Below are positions 27,518 through 36,057 of a DNA stretch of 64,000 nt, piece by piece. This DNA is from Candidatus Omnitrophota bacterium (GTDB taxonomy: Bacteria > Omnitrophota > Gorgyraeia > Duberdicusellales > 4484-171): NCBI GenBank assembly GCA_021735655.1, contig JAIPGM010000003.1, positions 128,001-192,000 on the forward strand. The letters run 5' to 3'. Both the position numbers and the translations under genes were made by a program. The notes below the pieces were generated by a model. It was not told the DNA's origin. It searched no databases and saw nothing but the letters and a program-made list of their open reading frames with translations. Position 1 is the stretch's first letter. Every line of letters begins with the position of its first letter.

Positions 27518-29134
27518 ATGAAAGGTTTTTACGATAAGATTTCCCATATTCTCGATGAGCTAGTTGCAAAGGGCTACGATTTGCAGCTAGAGCCGCCTTT
27601 GTGGGAATTACCTAAAGACCAACAGTTTGGCGATCTTTCATCAATGGTTGCTTTAAGATTAGCTTCGAAGTTAAAAAAAGATCCTTTGGATATTGCCTCA
27701 GAGATAAAAGCTTCCCTAGAGCAGAAACTTAAAGGTTCGGTTGAAAAAATCGAGATCGTTCGACCTGGATTTATTAATATATTTTTTTCTAGGGAAGTGC
27801 TTATAGATTCCTTAAATGAGATTATCGAGAGTGGCGATAAATTCTTCCGCAGTAAAATTAAAAAGAAGATAAACATTGAATTTTTGAGTGCTAATCCAAC
27901 TGGACCATTGTCGATTGCTCATGGTCGTCAGGCAGTGGTTGGTGACACAATTGCTAATATATTAGAGTTTTTTGGCAATCAGGTAAGCCGTGAATATTAC
28001 CTCAACGACACTGGAAGGCAAATAGATCTTCTAAAAACCTCAGTTAAAGCTTGGCTTAAGGTTAAAAAAGGTCAGTTGCCAGAGATTCCTGAAGGTGGCT
28101 ACAAGGGGCAATATTTAAAAGATGTTGCGAAAGAAGTTTTAGCTAATAAAGCCTATCGCAAGGATTCTCAAAGCTTAGATTTAGAAAAATTTGTTGTTAG
28201 CCATATACTTGATGAATTTATTAAAAAGGATCTAAAAGCTTTAGGAATAAAATTTGATAACTGGTTTAGTCAGAAAAAGCTTCTCAAGCAGGGAAAAGTT
28301 GAGGAAACCATCGGGCAGCTAAAGAAAAAGGAACTTCTTTATGAACAAGATGGAGCAATTTGGTTTAAAACTACTCAATTTGGCGATGATAAGGATAGAG
28401 TAATCAGGAAGGCTGATGGAGAGTTAACTTATTTTGCTTCTGATATCGCCTACCATAACGATAAGCTTGAGCGTAAATTCGATCAGTTAATAAATCTTTG
28501 GGGCCCAGATCATCATGGTTATATTCAAAGAGTTAAATCATCACTCAGTGCTCTAAAACATAAGCCAGATTTATTAAGGGTAGTTATTATTCAGCTGGTA
28601 ACCTTAAAAACTAAAGAAAAAATGTCTAAACGGGCCGGAACCTTTGTTTTACTCTCAGATTTAATTAAAGATATTGGTGGTGATACTACTCGTTTTTATT
28701 ATCTTATGAGAAAGAATTCATCACATTTGGAGTTTGATCTTGATTTAGCTAAACAGACCTCTTTTGATAATCCGCTTTACTATATTCAATATGTTTGTGC
28801 ACGGATCGAGAGTATTTTTAAAAAGGCCAAGGCCGGTTCATTCAAGAGCAAATATAGTTCAAATTTAGCTGAGGTCGAGGAGATGAATCTGCTGCGTTCG
28901 CTGTTACAGTTTTCCTACTGCCTTGAGAAGGCTTATTATTCTTTAGAACCGGTATTTATTATTGAGTTTTTAAAAAGTCTAGCTGCAAGTTTCCATCGTT
29001 TCTATGAGAAAATACGAGTTATTGATGAAGATGAAAAGGTAACTAAGGCAAGACTTAACCTCTTGCAAGGGGTTAAGGTCGTTTTCTCATCAGGATTAAA
29101 TCTCTTAGGGATAACCCCGGCTAAAAAAATGTAA
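27518..29134 (+). CDS. argS: arginine--tRNA ligase
   Basis: Class I motifs SANPTGPLSIAHGR (HIGH-like) and KMSKR. Length ~540 aa. Confidence 0.9.
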   Translation: MKGFYDKISHILDELVAKGYDLQLEPPLWELPKDQQFGDLSSMVALRLASKLKKDPLDIASEIKASLEQKLKGSVEKIEIVRPGFINIFFSREVLIDSLNEIIESGDKFFRSKIKKKINIEFLSANPTGPLSIAHGRQAVVGDTIANILEFFGNQVSREYYLNDTGRQIDLLKTSVKAWLKVKKGQLPEIPEGGYKGQYLKDVAKEVLANKAYRKDSQSLDLEKFVVSHILDEFIKKDLKALGIKFDNWFSQKKLLKQGKVEETIGQLKKKELLYEQDGAIWFKTTQFGDDKDRVIRKADGELTYFASDIAYHNDKLERKFDQLINLWGPDHHGYIQRVKSSLSALKHKPDLLRVVIIQLVTLKTKEKMSKRAGTFVLLSDLIKDIGGDTTRFYYLMRKNSSHLEFDLDLAKQTSFDNPLYYIQYVCARIESIFKKAKAGSFKSKYSSNLAEVEEMNLLRSLLQFSYCLEKAYYSLEPVFIIEFLKSLAASFHRFYEKIRVIDEDEKVTKARLNLLQGVKVVFSSGLNLLGITPAKKM

Positions 29135-30804
29135 TGACCAAAAAGATTTGGAGAATAAAAGAGCTAAATTCTCAAGCTCAAGAGCTAGCTAAGAAATATA
29201 ACTTACCCTGCTATTTAGTTCAAGTTCTTATAAATCGTGATATCGCCGAGAGAGACTTCGGTTTGTTTCTTAATTCTAGCCAGGCTGACTTTCATGACCC
29301 AAACTTACTTCCTGATATTCAAAAAGCCGTTGAAAGAATAAAGCTTGCTTCGCACAATAAAGAAAAGGTTTTAGTTTTCGGCGATTACGACGTTGACGGA
29401 ATAACTTCTTTAGTTATTTTTAATGAATATGCTAAGAACTTTCCTGAAAGCTTTAGTTTCTATATTCCTCATCGGATTAAAGATGGCTATGGCCTAAACC
29501 GAGAGGCAATTTTACGAGCTAAAGAGGAGAGGATTAGCTTGATCCTTGCTTTTGATTGTGGAACCAATGGCTATGATGAAGTAAAGTTAGCACAGTCTTT
29601 GGGAATAGATGTTGTTGTAGTCGATCATCATCTTTTAAAAGGCGACCAAGGCTTAAGTTGTGCTTTGGTTAACCCTAAAAGAAATGATTCTGAATATCCT
29701 TTTTCTGAGTTGAGCACGGGGGCTTTGTCTTTTAAGTTGCTTCAGCTTTTAGTTGGAAAAGATTGTCATGAGGTTTTAGATTTAGTTGCTTTATCGCTTA
29801 TTTGTGATGTTGTTCCGCTTAATGGTGAGAATCGGATTTTGCTTAAAGAAGGATTGAGGGTTCTTAAGTTAAGCCAACGGTCAGCGATTATCGCTCTTTG
29901 TAAAGTTTCCGGCATAAAGCAAAGGAATATCGATACTTTTCATGTTGGTTATATTCTTGGACCAAGGATTAATGCTTCTGGTAGGGTAGCCCATGCTAAT
30001 GATTCTTTTAAGCTATTTTTAACCGAGAATCAAGAGGAGGCTTTCAAGTTAGCTACCAAATTAAGTGAATATAATAAGTTGCGTAAAAATATCGAAACTC
30101 AGATTTTAAAAGAAGCTGAACAACACCTCCAGAATAGTTACTTGGAGCATTCAGCGATAGTCGTATCCGGAGACAATTGGCATCAGGGAGTTTTAGGTAT
30201 TGTTGCTTCTCGTCTGGCCGATAAATACCGTAAACCAACATTTGTTATTTCTTTTGATCAGGAGGTAGGCAAAGGTTCGGCTCGTTCTATTCATAGCGTG
30301 CATCTCCTGGAGATGCTTGATCAATGTGCTGATTCACTTATTGGTTATGGTGGTCATCGTAAAGCCGCCGGAGTTCATATAGCTAAGGCTGAATTGGAAA
30401 ACTTTCGTGATAAGATCAGCACCTTAATTGAAGAAAGTTTAAGCCCGGAAGATTTTATACCGGTGCTTGATATTGATGCTAAATTGAATTTTTGCGATAT
30501 TAGTATTGAGCTAGCTGAAAGTTTAGAAAATTTAAAGCCTTATGGTGAAGGTAATTCAGCTGGGCAATTTTTTAGCAGTAATATTTTTAAGAAAAGCGTT
30601 CCTAAAAGAATAGGCTATGGATCTTCAGTTTGGCTAAGTGATGGTGATAGGACCTACGAGGCAATAATTTACGATAAAAATATTTTAGAAATTATGAATT
30701 CTGGCGATAAGCTGGATATAGTTTTTACTCTCGGCATGAACACATACCATAATATTCCGCGGTTAGTTATCAGGGGTGCTAGACTTTCTGGAGGCAAAGG
30801 ATAG
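29134..30804 (+). CDS. recJ: single-stranded-DNA-specific exonuclease RecJ
   Basis: DHH-family motifs (GDYDVDGITS, VVDHH…, GGH) and DHHA1 region. Confidence 0.85.
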   Translation: MTKKIWRIKELNSQAQELAKKYNLPCYLVQVLINRDIAERDFGLFLNSSQADFHDPNLLPDIQKAVERIKLASHNKEKVLVFGDYDVDGITSLVIFNEYAKNFPESFSFYIPHRIKDGYGLNREAILRAKEERISLILAFDCGTNGYDEVKLAQSLGIDVVVVDHHLLKGDQGLSCALVNPKRNDSEYPFSELSTGALSFKLLQLLVGKDCHEVLDLVALSLICDVVPLNGENRILLKEGLRVLKLSQRSAIIALCKVSGIKQRNIDTFHVGYILGPRINASGRVAHANDSFKLFLTENQEEAFKLATKLSEYNKLRKNIETQILKEAEQHLQNSYLEHSAIVVSGDNWHQGVLGIVASRLADKYRKPTFVISFDQEVGKGSARSIHSVHLLEMLDQCADSLIGYGGHRKAAGVHIAKAELENFRDKISTLIEESLSPEDFIPVLDIDAKLNFCDISIELAESLENLKPYGEGNSAGQFFSSNIFKKSVPKRIGYGSSVWLSDGDRTYEAIIYDKNILEIMNSGDKLDIVFTLGMNTYHNIPRLVIRGARLSGGKG

Positions 30805-31017
30805 CTTTCCAGCTTTTATACATTTAGTACAAACTAGAGTTTTTTTAACTTTTCCTTTGACGATTACTCTTCTAGATTGTAAATTTGGCAGGAACCTTCT
30901 TTTGGTTATACCGGTAGTTTTTAAGCCCACCCCACCCTTTGCTTTAGGCAAACCTCTCCGGGCAATGCTTGAACCAGTTTGAGCTTTTTTTCCACAAATA
31001 CCACAACGTCTACTCAT
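30763..31017 (-). CDS. rpmB: 50S ribosomal protein L28
   Basis: MSRRCGICGKK…GNNRSHA-like…KRRFLPNLQ pattern of bL28. Converges on recJ with a 42-nt 3' overlap. Putative minus-strand promoter TTGACA-16-TATAGT (plus-strand coordinates 31049-31054 and 31027-31032). Confidence 0.8.
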   Translation of the reverse strand: MSRRCGICGKKAQTGSSIARRGLPKAKGGVGLKTTGITKRRFLPNLQSRRVIVKGKVKKTLVCTKCIKAGKLSFASRKSSTPDN

Positions 31018-31059
31018 AGGTAATCTACTATACTTTTAAATTAAATATTGTCAAGAAAA

Positions 31060-31366
31060 ATATTATTTTCTTATGGCAAAGGCCATATTTGCAGGTAAAA
31101 TGGGGCTATTTTGGCTGAAAACGTTTACAGTATTTCTTTGTTATACCCTGTTCAGGGTGGTTAAATCCATGGTATATAAGAGGTGTTAAAGCGTTCTTTG
31201 GAATTGAATCTCGTAGCGAAAAGGCAAACCTCAAGAAATTGTGGGGCGCAAAGCTCAAAGAGCCTAAAGGCCAAGTAAGTTCAAATGGCTAGGGTAGTCA
31301 GCTGCCGAATTATCTGATTAAGTTGGATAGGTAACCCATAGTCTTTTAGCTATGGGTTTTTTTGTT
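31060..31366 (+). ncRNA. candidate structured RNA, or long 5' leader of ORF 31415..31741, ending in an intrinsic terminator (identity unknown)
   Basis: ~350-nt non-coding gap between rpmB and the paralog-B gene. It contains several short hairpins and ends in a strong terminator 50 nt before the RBS. No confident match to tmRNA, RNase P, SRP, 6S or known riboswitch cores by eye. Confidence 0.2.
31333..31363 (+). terminator. intrinsic terminator (AACCCATAG-loop-CTATGGGTT + T7)
   Basis: 9-bp stem with an 8-nt loop followed by ttttttt at 31357-31363. Confidence 0.6.
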
Positions 31367-31414
31367 ATAGAGGGGGGCTTAATTTAGACACTTGGGAAAA
31401 AGGGGAGGTATGCG

Positions 31415-31741
31415 ATGGTTAAGAAAATCGTGGCTTTGATGTTGGTGATTGGTATATGCAGTATGAGTTTTGGTGCTTATGCGTATGATCAGAATGCAGC
31501 TACAAAACTTGCTCGTGGTATTGTCAATGGAGTTACTTCTTGGATAGAGGTTCCGAAACAAGTTTATCTAGTTTCTAAAGAGAGAGAGCCTTTAACTGGC
31601 ATAACTTATGGTATGGTTAAGGGAGTTGTTTATACGGTTTTACGGGTAACTGAAGGAGCTTATGATATAGCATCTTTTGCGATACCGCCTTATGACCAAC
31701 CACTTCTTGAACCAGAATTTGTTTTTGAAGGTTGGGAATAA
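31415..31741 (+). CDS. small secreted protein, member B of the paralogous pair (IPPY...EPEFV family)
   Basis: GGGGAGG RBS. Signal peptide (…SFGAYA/YD). Aligns with ORF 569..907 along the full length. Confidence 0.6.
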   Translation: MVKKIVALMLVIGICSMSFGAYAYDQNAATKLARGIVNGVTSWIEVPKQVYLVSKEREPLTGITYGMVKGVVYTVLRVTEGAYDIASFAIPPYDQPLLEPEFVFEGWE

Positions 31742-31781
31742 GTATAATTTAGAATATTAGCTCTTCCTCTTAAAAAGCAGG

Positions 31782-31820
31782 AAAAAAGGGCAGGTTCTTA
31801 TAGGGCCTGTCCTTTTTTTA
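31782..31820. terminator. bidirectional intrinsic terminator between convergent genes
   Basis: AAGGGCAGG…CCTGTCCTT hairpin preceded by an A-run and followed by a T-run. Located between the + gene ending at 31741 and the - gene ending at 31825. Confidence 0.5.
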
Positions 31821-31824
31821 TTTA

Positions 31825-32922
31825 TTATAGTTTGGGTATTTTTCCAAGCAGGGCGGTGTCGTTGTCCTTGTTGGCTAAAGCGCGGGCTTTCTTGAAATGT
31901 TTTTTTGCTTCCTTTACCTTGCCAGCGCCTGAAGCAATCATTCCTAAGTTGTAATATATTTTAGCATTGTTCTTGTCTACCTTTAGAGCTTTATTTAAGA
32001 CTCTGATGGCTTCGGGGTAGTTTTTTAGTTTTCCGTAGGCTGCCCCGAGATTAATATAAGATTTTACAAACGAAGGATCCTGCTTAATTGCTTCTTCAAA
32101 GTATTCAGCGGCTAGATCAAAATTATTTAGGTAAGCATAGATCACACCTAGTCGATAATGAGCCTGAGGGTTGTTAGGATTAAGCGAAATACTTTGTTGC
32201 AGGCAGTCAATTGCCTTTTCGGTTTCATTATTTTTAAAATGAGCTGAAGCCTTCCTTAGGAGATTCATTGCTTCTAGGGTTTTATGGCTTTGGGGAGTTT
32301 GAGAATCTTTTGATATTGCATCCAGATCTTTGGCATATATAGTTTTGGTTATTGTTTGAGGGTCGATTTCTTCACTTTCGGTAATTTCTTGAGGCTCTGG
32401 CTTTCGGAGAATATTTTGCTGGGCTAGACTTAAACCATTAAGGGCTTCTTTTAAGCCGGGCTTTAATTCTAGGCATTGAGAAAAATAATCAACCGCTTCT
32501 TGGTAGTTTTCTTTTTGATAGGCGCATAGCCCGAGATTATAGAAGATAATATATTTTTTCGGATAGTTTTCTTTAGCTAGCTTTTTTGCTTGGCTGAGTT
32601 CCTCTTGAGCTTGATTATACTCGTAGCGATTGATATGGATAATGGCGAGATTGATATAACTTTCGGGAAATTCCGGAAAGAGGAATTTAGCCTTTTCAAA
32701 TTCAAATTTAGCATCAGAATATTTTTTGTTTTCAAGTAATTCTAATCCGACAGCAATATTTCGGTCGTAAAGGTATTTAAGTGGTGGCTCTTGTTCATTT
32801 TCTTCCAGGAAATCAAAGGCATAAGCAAGAGGGATATTTAATGCAAATAGAAATAATATGGCAAGGAGTAAAGACCTTATTTTCATTGATTCTATTCTAA
32901 TACAGAATGTTTTGTTTTTCAA
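31825..32922 (-). CDS. TPR-repeat protein with signal peptide
   Basis: Signal peptide. Many TPR-like units (…Y..LG..Y…G.Y.EA…). Confidence 0.7.
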   Translation of the reverse strand: MKNKTFCIRIESMKIRSLLLAILFLFALNIPLAYAFDFLEENEQEPPLKYLYDRNIAVGLELLENKKYSDAKFEFEKAKFLFPEFPESYINLAIIHINRYEYNQAQEELSQAKKLAKENYPKKYIIFYNLGLCAYQKENYQEAVDYFSQCLELKPGLKEALNGLSLAQQNILRKPEPQEITESEEIDPQTITKTIYAKDLDAISKDSQTPQSHKTLEAMNLLRKASAHFKNNETEKAIDCLQQSISLNPNNPQAHYRLGVIYAYLNNFDLAAEYFEEAIKQDPSFVKSYINLGAAYGKLKNYPEAIRVLNKALKVDKNNAKIYYNLGMIASGAGKVKEAKKHFKKARALANKDNDTALLGKIPKL

Positions 32923-32949
32923 CTAATAAAGGAACTTTAATTTCTTGAG

Positions 32950-34887
32950 CTATAGATCTTGGCGTAATTGATTTTCGGCGTTAACGATATCGCGATTTAC
33001 TTTTTTCAAAGTCTGCGATATTTTTATCGCTAGTTGAGGGTTGATTATGTTTGATGAGCGTATTTCCCGCAAGACCTGAATCCCCATTCTGAAATAACGT
33101 ACTAGTTCACCTTCGTCAACAAAACATTGTTTATGTGTGTTGATGAAGCTTTGCCCTTGATACCACATTTTTGAGGCTTGACCTAGGTGGAAGAAGAACT
33201 TTTTGCTTAAAGGGTATATTCTAAAAAGACGTTCTTTTTTGTGAATATTTTTTATGAACTTATTTAGGCTTTGTTTAGTAGCTTTCATTTTTTTGCTTAG
33301 CTTAGGCCTGATTTCACCTTTTCGCGGCTCATAAACTAGAGCGATTATCAGAATAAATAGGCTTTCTGAATCAAGCGAATCAAGAAAGCCCCCCTCAAAC
33401 AGTTCACCGATAGTGAGTTCAAAACTGTATACTCGGGCTGCTAGTTCTCCTTTTTGGCTTAAACTATTACCAGTGATATAGTTTAAGTCTTTGAGAAGTT
33501 TTATTTTTCTTTTGAACAGGTCCAGAGTTTCTTTTTTCTCCCAAGATTTGCTTTGGTAACAGTGGAAGCTTTTAGGGTAGATATCATAGATTCGATCGCC
33601 CATTATTTGATATAGATTAAGAATTGTTGCATAGCGGGAGTTAAGTTGACTTTTTATCGGCTCATAGTTTCCGTAGATGATGCTTTCTAGGCTTCGGCCA
33701 TCAATATGAGATGGGTTTATTCTTGAAAAGACAAATCCTTCTTGGTCAATTCCCCGCCGACCGGCTCGTCCAGCCATTTGATAAAAGTCACGAGTTTTAA
33801 GGTAACCATGGTAATGGCCGTAGAATTTACTCATAGTGTCAAAGACAACTGTTTTTGCTGGCATGTTTACCCCAAGAGCAAAAGTTTCGGTGGTAAAGAT
33901 TAGCTTTATTAGACCGGTAGTAAAGAGACGTTCGATAAGTTCTTTTAAGGTTGGCAGTAGCCCAGCATGGTGATAGGCAATGCCTTTTTTGATCAAGGGT
34001 ATTAAGAAATTTATATGCGGAGATGAATCGATGTTAAATTTTTTAACCAACTGGTCAAAAAGGTTTATTATTTTAGTTTTTTCATCAAGGGTGAGAAAAT
34101 CAAAGTAGCTTACCTCTTGAGCTAATTCTTCACAGCGACGCCGTGAGAAGGAAAAATAAACACAAGGTTGAGCTTTTTTCTGGCTAATGGCGGTAATAAG
34201 TGTTTTTATTCGGTTCGGCTTAGAAAATACGTAGCGTTCTTGGTAGGAGGGATTTTTTAAGTTTTTGCGCAAGTGCGGTGATTTTTTCAGACTTGAGAAA
34301 TCGTAAAATATTTCATTATTGCATTGAAAGAAAAAATGGAGCGGTACTGGCCTATTTTCTTCAATAATTGTCTTAAGTTGAAAGGAATGAACTTTTTGCA
34401 GCCAGCCGGTAAACTGTTTAATGTTAGGAATCGTTGCGCTCAGAGCTAATATTTTCATCTGTGGCGGTAGGAGGATTATTGCTTCCTCCCAGACAGTCCC
34501 TCGTTCAATATCATCAAGATAATGGATTTCGTCAAAAATAATCCATTCTCGGTGTTCAAATTCATGAGGGTTTACCAGAATAGCGTTGCGGAATATCTCA
34601 GTGGTCATAATTAAAATCGGGGCTTGGCGGTTGATACTTACGTCGCCGGTTAGGATGCCAACTTGTTCGGGGTATTTTTTAGAAAAGTCTCGGAATTTTT
34701 GATTACTGAGAGCTTTGATTGGAGCGGTATAGATTATACCTTTTTTTTTCTTTAGTGAGTCTTCAATAATGTATTCAGCAATTAAGGTTTTGCCAGCCCC
34801 GGTGGGTGCACTGACAATTACTGAATTGTTATTTCGGGAAGCCTCAATAGCTTGGTTTTGAAATTTGTCGAGCTTGAAAGGTTTCAT
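32950..34887 (-). CDS. Ski2-like (Hel308/HelY/Lhr-type) DEAH-box superfamily-2 helicase
   Basis: Motif I SAPTGAGKT, motif II DEIHYL, motif III SAT, GIAYHHAGL (Ski2-type HHAG motif) and motif VI QMAGRAGRRG. C-terminal helical domain. Confidence 0.8.
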   Translation of the reverse strand: MKPFKLDKFQNQAIEASRNNNSVIVSAPTGAGKTLIAEYIIEDSLKKKKGIIYTAPIKALSNQKFRDFSKKYPEQVGILTGDVSINRQAPILIMTTEIFRNAILVNPHEFEHREWIIFDEIHYLDDIERGTVWEEAIILLPPQMKILALSATIPNIKQFTGWLQKVHSFQLKTIIEENRPVPLHFFFQCNNEIFYDFSSLKKSPHLRKNLKNPSYQERYVFSKPNRIKTLITAISQKKAQPCVYFSFSRRRCEELAQEVSYFDFLTLDEKTKIINLFDQLVKKFNIDSSPHINFLIPLIKKGIAYHHAGLLPTLKELIERLFTTGLIKLIFTTETFALGVNMPAKTVVFDTMSKFYGHYHGYLKTRDFYQMAGRAGRRGIDQEGFVFSRINPSHIDGRSLESIIYGNYEPIKSQLNSRYATILNLYQIMGDRIYDIYPKSFHCYQSKSWEKKETLDLFKRKIKLLKDLNYITGNSLSQKGELAARVYSFELTIGELFEGGFLDSLDSESLFILIIALVYEPRKGEIRPKLSKKMKATKQSLNKFIKNIHKKERLFRIYPLSKKFFFHLGQASKMWYQGQSFINTHKQCFVDEGELVRYFRMGIQVLREIRSSNIINPQLAIKISQTLKKVNRDIVNAENQLRQDL

Positions 34888-34895
34888 TTAAAAAT

Positions 34896-34971
34896 TGGTG
34901 GAGCCGGAGGGATTTGAACCCTCGACCTCAACACTGCCAGTGTTGCGTGCTCCCAACTGCACCACGGCCCC
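34896..34971 (-). tRNA. tRNA-Ala (GGC)
   Basis: Reverse complement reads GGGGCCG…CTGGCAG…GAGGG-TTCAAAT-CCCTC-CGGCTCC-A-CCA. Anticodon GGC. G3:U70 alanine identity pair present. CCA encoded. Confidence 0.85.
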
Positions 34972-35016
34972 AAGATCGCTGTAATTTATAAAGAATATTA
35001 TCATTTAGCTGGCAAA

Positions 35017-35052
35017 TTGTCAATTGACAAAGAAATTGGGGGGTGTTATGAT
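35017..35052. promoter_or_regulatory. divergent promoter pair sharing the palindrome TTGTCAATTGACAA
   Basis: + strand: TTGACA (35024-35029), 17-nt spacer, TATGAT (35047-35052) driving tRNA-Leu. - strand: TTGACA (complement of 35018-35023), 17-nt spacer, TAATAT (complement of 34995-35000) driving tRNA-Ala. Confidence 0.45.
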
Positions 35053-35074
35053 TTTTTATCTGTATTTTGTTTTA

Positions 35075-35158
35075 GCCGGAGTGGCGGAATTGGCAGACGC
35101 GCGGGATTCAAAATCCCGTCCTGGCGACAGGGTGTGGGTTCAAGTCCCTCCTCCGGCA
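35075..35158 (+). tRNA. tRNA-Leu (CAA), type II
   Basis: Acceptor GCCGGAG/CTCCGGC. Anticodon stem CGGGA/TCCCG with loop TTCAAAA. Long variable arm. Discriminator A. Confidence 0.85.
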
Positions 35159-35189
35159 TATGTAAAATAATCAGAGGAGCAAGAGCTAG

Positions 35190-36038
35190 TTGCTTAGATT
35201 AGGTGTTCACGTATCAATTGCCGGTAAGATCTATAAGTCTGTAGATAGGGCAGCGGAATTAGGTTGCAACACCATGCAGATTTTTTCCCGTAGCCCCCGA
35301 CAATGGCGCAAAACCGATATTAGTCAGGAAGATGCTGATATATTTAAAAAAAGAGCAAAGGAAAAAAATATCAGCCCAATCGTTGTTCATATACCTTATA
35401 CGCTTAACTTAGCTTCTTGCCGACAATCATTTCATAAAATTACGATAAAAGATTTTATCGCTGATCTTCTTGAAGTTGATAAATTAGGGGCCGATTATCT
35501 TGTAACTCATATGGGTTCATATAAGGGTGGAACCGAACTCGGTGGCCTTTCACGCATAGTTAATGCTTTGAAGAAAATACTTAAAGAGACTAAAGGGGTT
35601 AAAACTATGGTTCTTCTTGAAAATACTTCAGGCTCTGGTAGTTGGCTAGGCTATAAATTTTCTCATCAAAAGTTTATCTTTGATGAACTTAGTCATACCA
35701 AGCGTGTTGGCTTGTGTCTAGATACTGCTCATGCCTGGGCTGCTGGATATAAAATAAACGATGCTGTTGGCCTTAGTGGATTATTGAGGGAGATTGACCG
35801 GGAAGTTGGCCTTGAGCGAGTAAAAGTAATTCATATTAATGATACCTTAGAAGAATTAGATTCACGTCACGATCGTCATTTTGCAATCGGTGAGGGAAAA
35901 ATCGGTAAAAGGGGATTTAGTTTGATACTAAATCATCCTAAGTTGAAAGATATTCCGTTTATCTTAGAGACTCCGAGGAAAGATGAAGGTGATGATCAGA
36001 AAAATATAAAGATGGTGCGGCAATTGTATAAAGGTTAG
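35190..36038 (+). CDS. nfo: deoxyribonuclease IV (endonuclease IV, AP endonuclease family 2)
   Basis: MLRLGVHVSIAG…GCNTMQIF…SPRQW N-terminus and xylose-isomerase-like TIM-barrel pattern with conserved H/D/E metal ligands. Confidence 0.85.
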   Translation: MLRLGVHVSIAGKIYKSVDRAAELGCNTMQIFSRSPRQWRKTDISQEDADIFKKRAKEKNISPIVVHIPYTLNLASCRQSFHKITIKDFIADLLEVDKLGADYLVTHMGSYKGGTELGGLSRIVNALKKILKETKGVKTMVLLENTSGSGSWLGYKFSHQKFIFDELSHTKRVGLCLDTAHAWAAGYKINDAVGLSGLLREIDREVGLERVKVIHINDTLEELDSRHDRHFAIGEGKIGKRGFSLILNHPKLKDIPFILETPRKDEGDDQKNIKMVRQLYKG

Positions 36039-36057
36039 TTATAAGAGGTTTAGTTAT

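Noticed and set aside
31140-31175. T-box leader suggested by AGGGTGGT resembling the T-box AGGGUGGNACCGCG core.
   Set aside because: The match is only 8 nt. It lies ~180 nt upstream of the terminator rather than in an antiterminator overlapping it, and the downstream gene is not an aminoacyl-tRNA or amino-acid gene.
31379-31561. ORF 31379..31561 (-, 60 aa).
   Set aside because: It is antisense to the paralog-B secreted-protein gene and its RBS, with no supporting signals.
35017-35202. ORF 35017..35202 (+, 61 aa).
   Set aside because: It is fully occupied by tRNA-Leu(CAA) and its promoter. Its translation is Gly/Arg/Ser-rich, typical of a reading frame through a tRNA.
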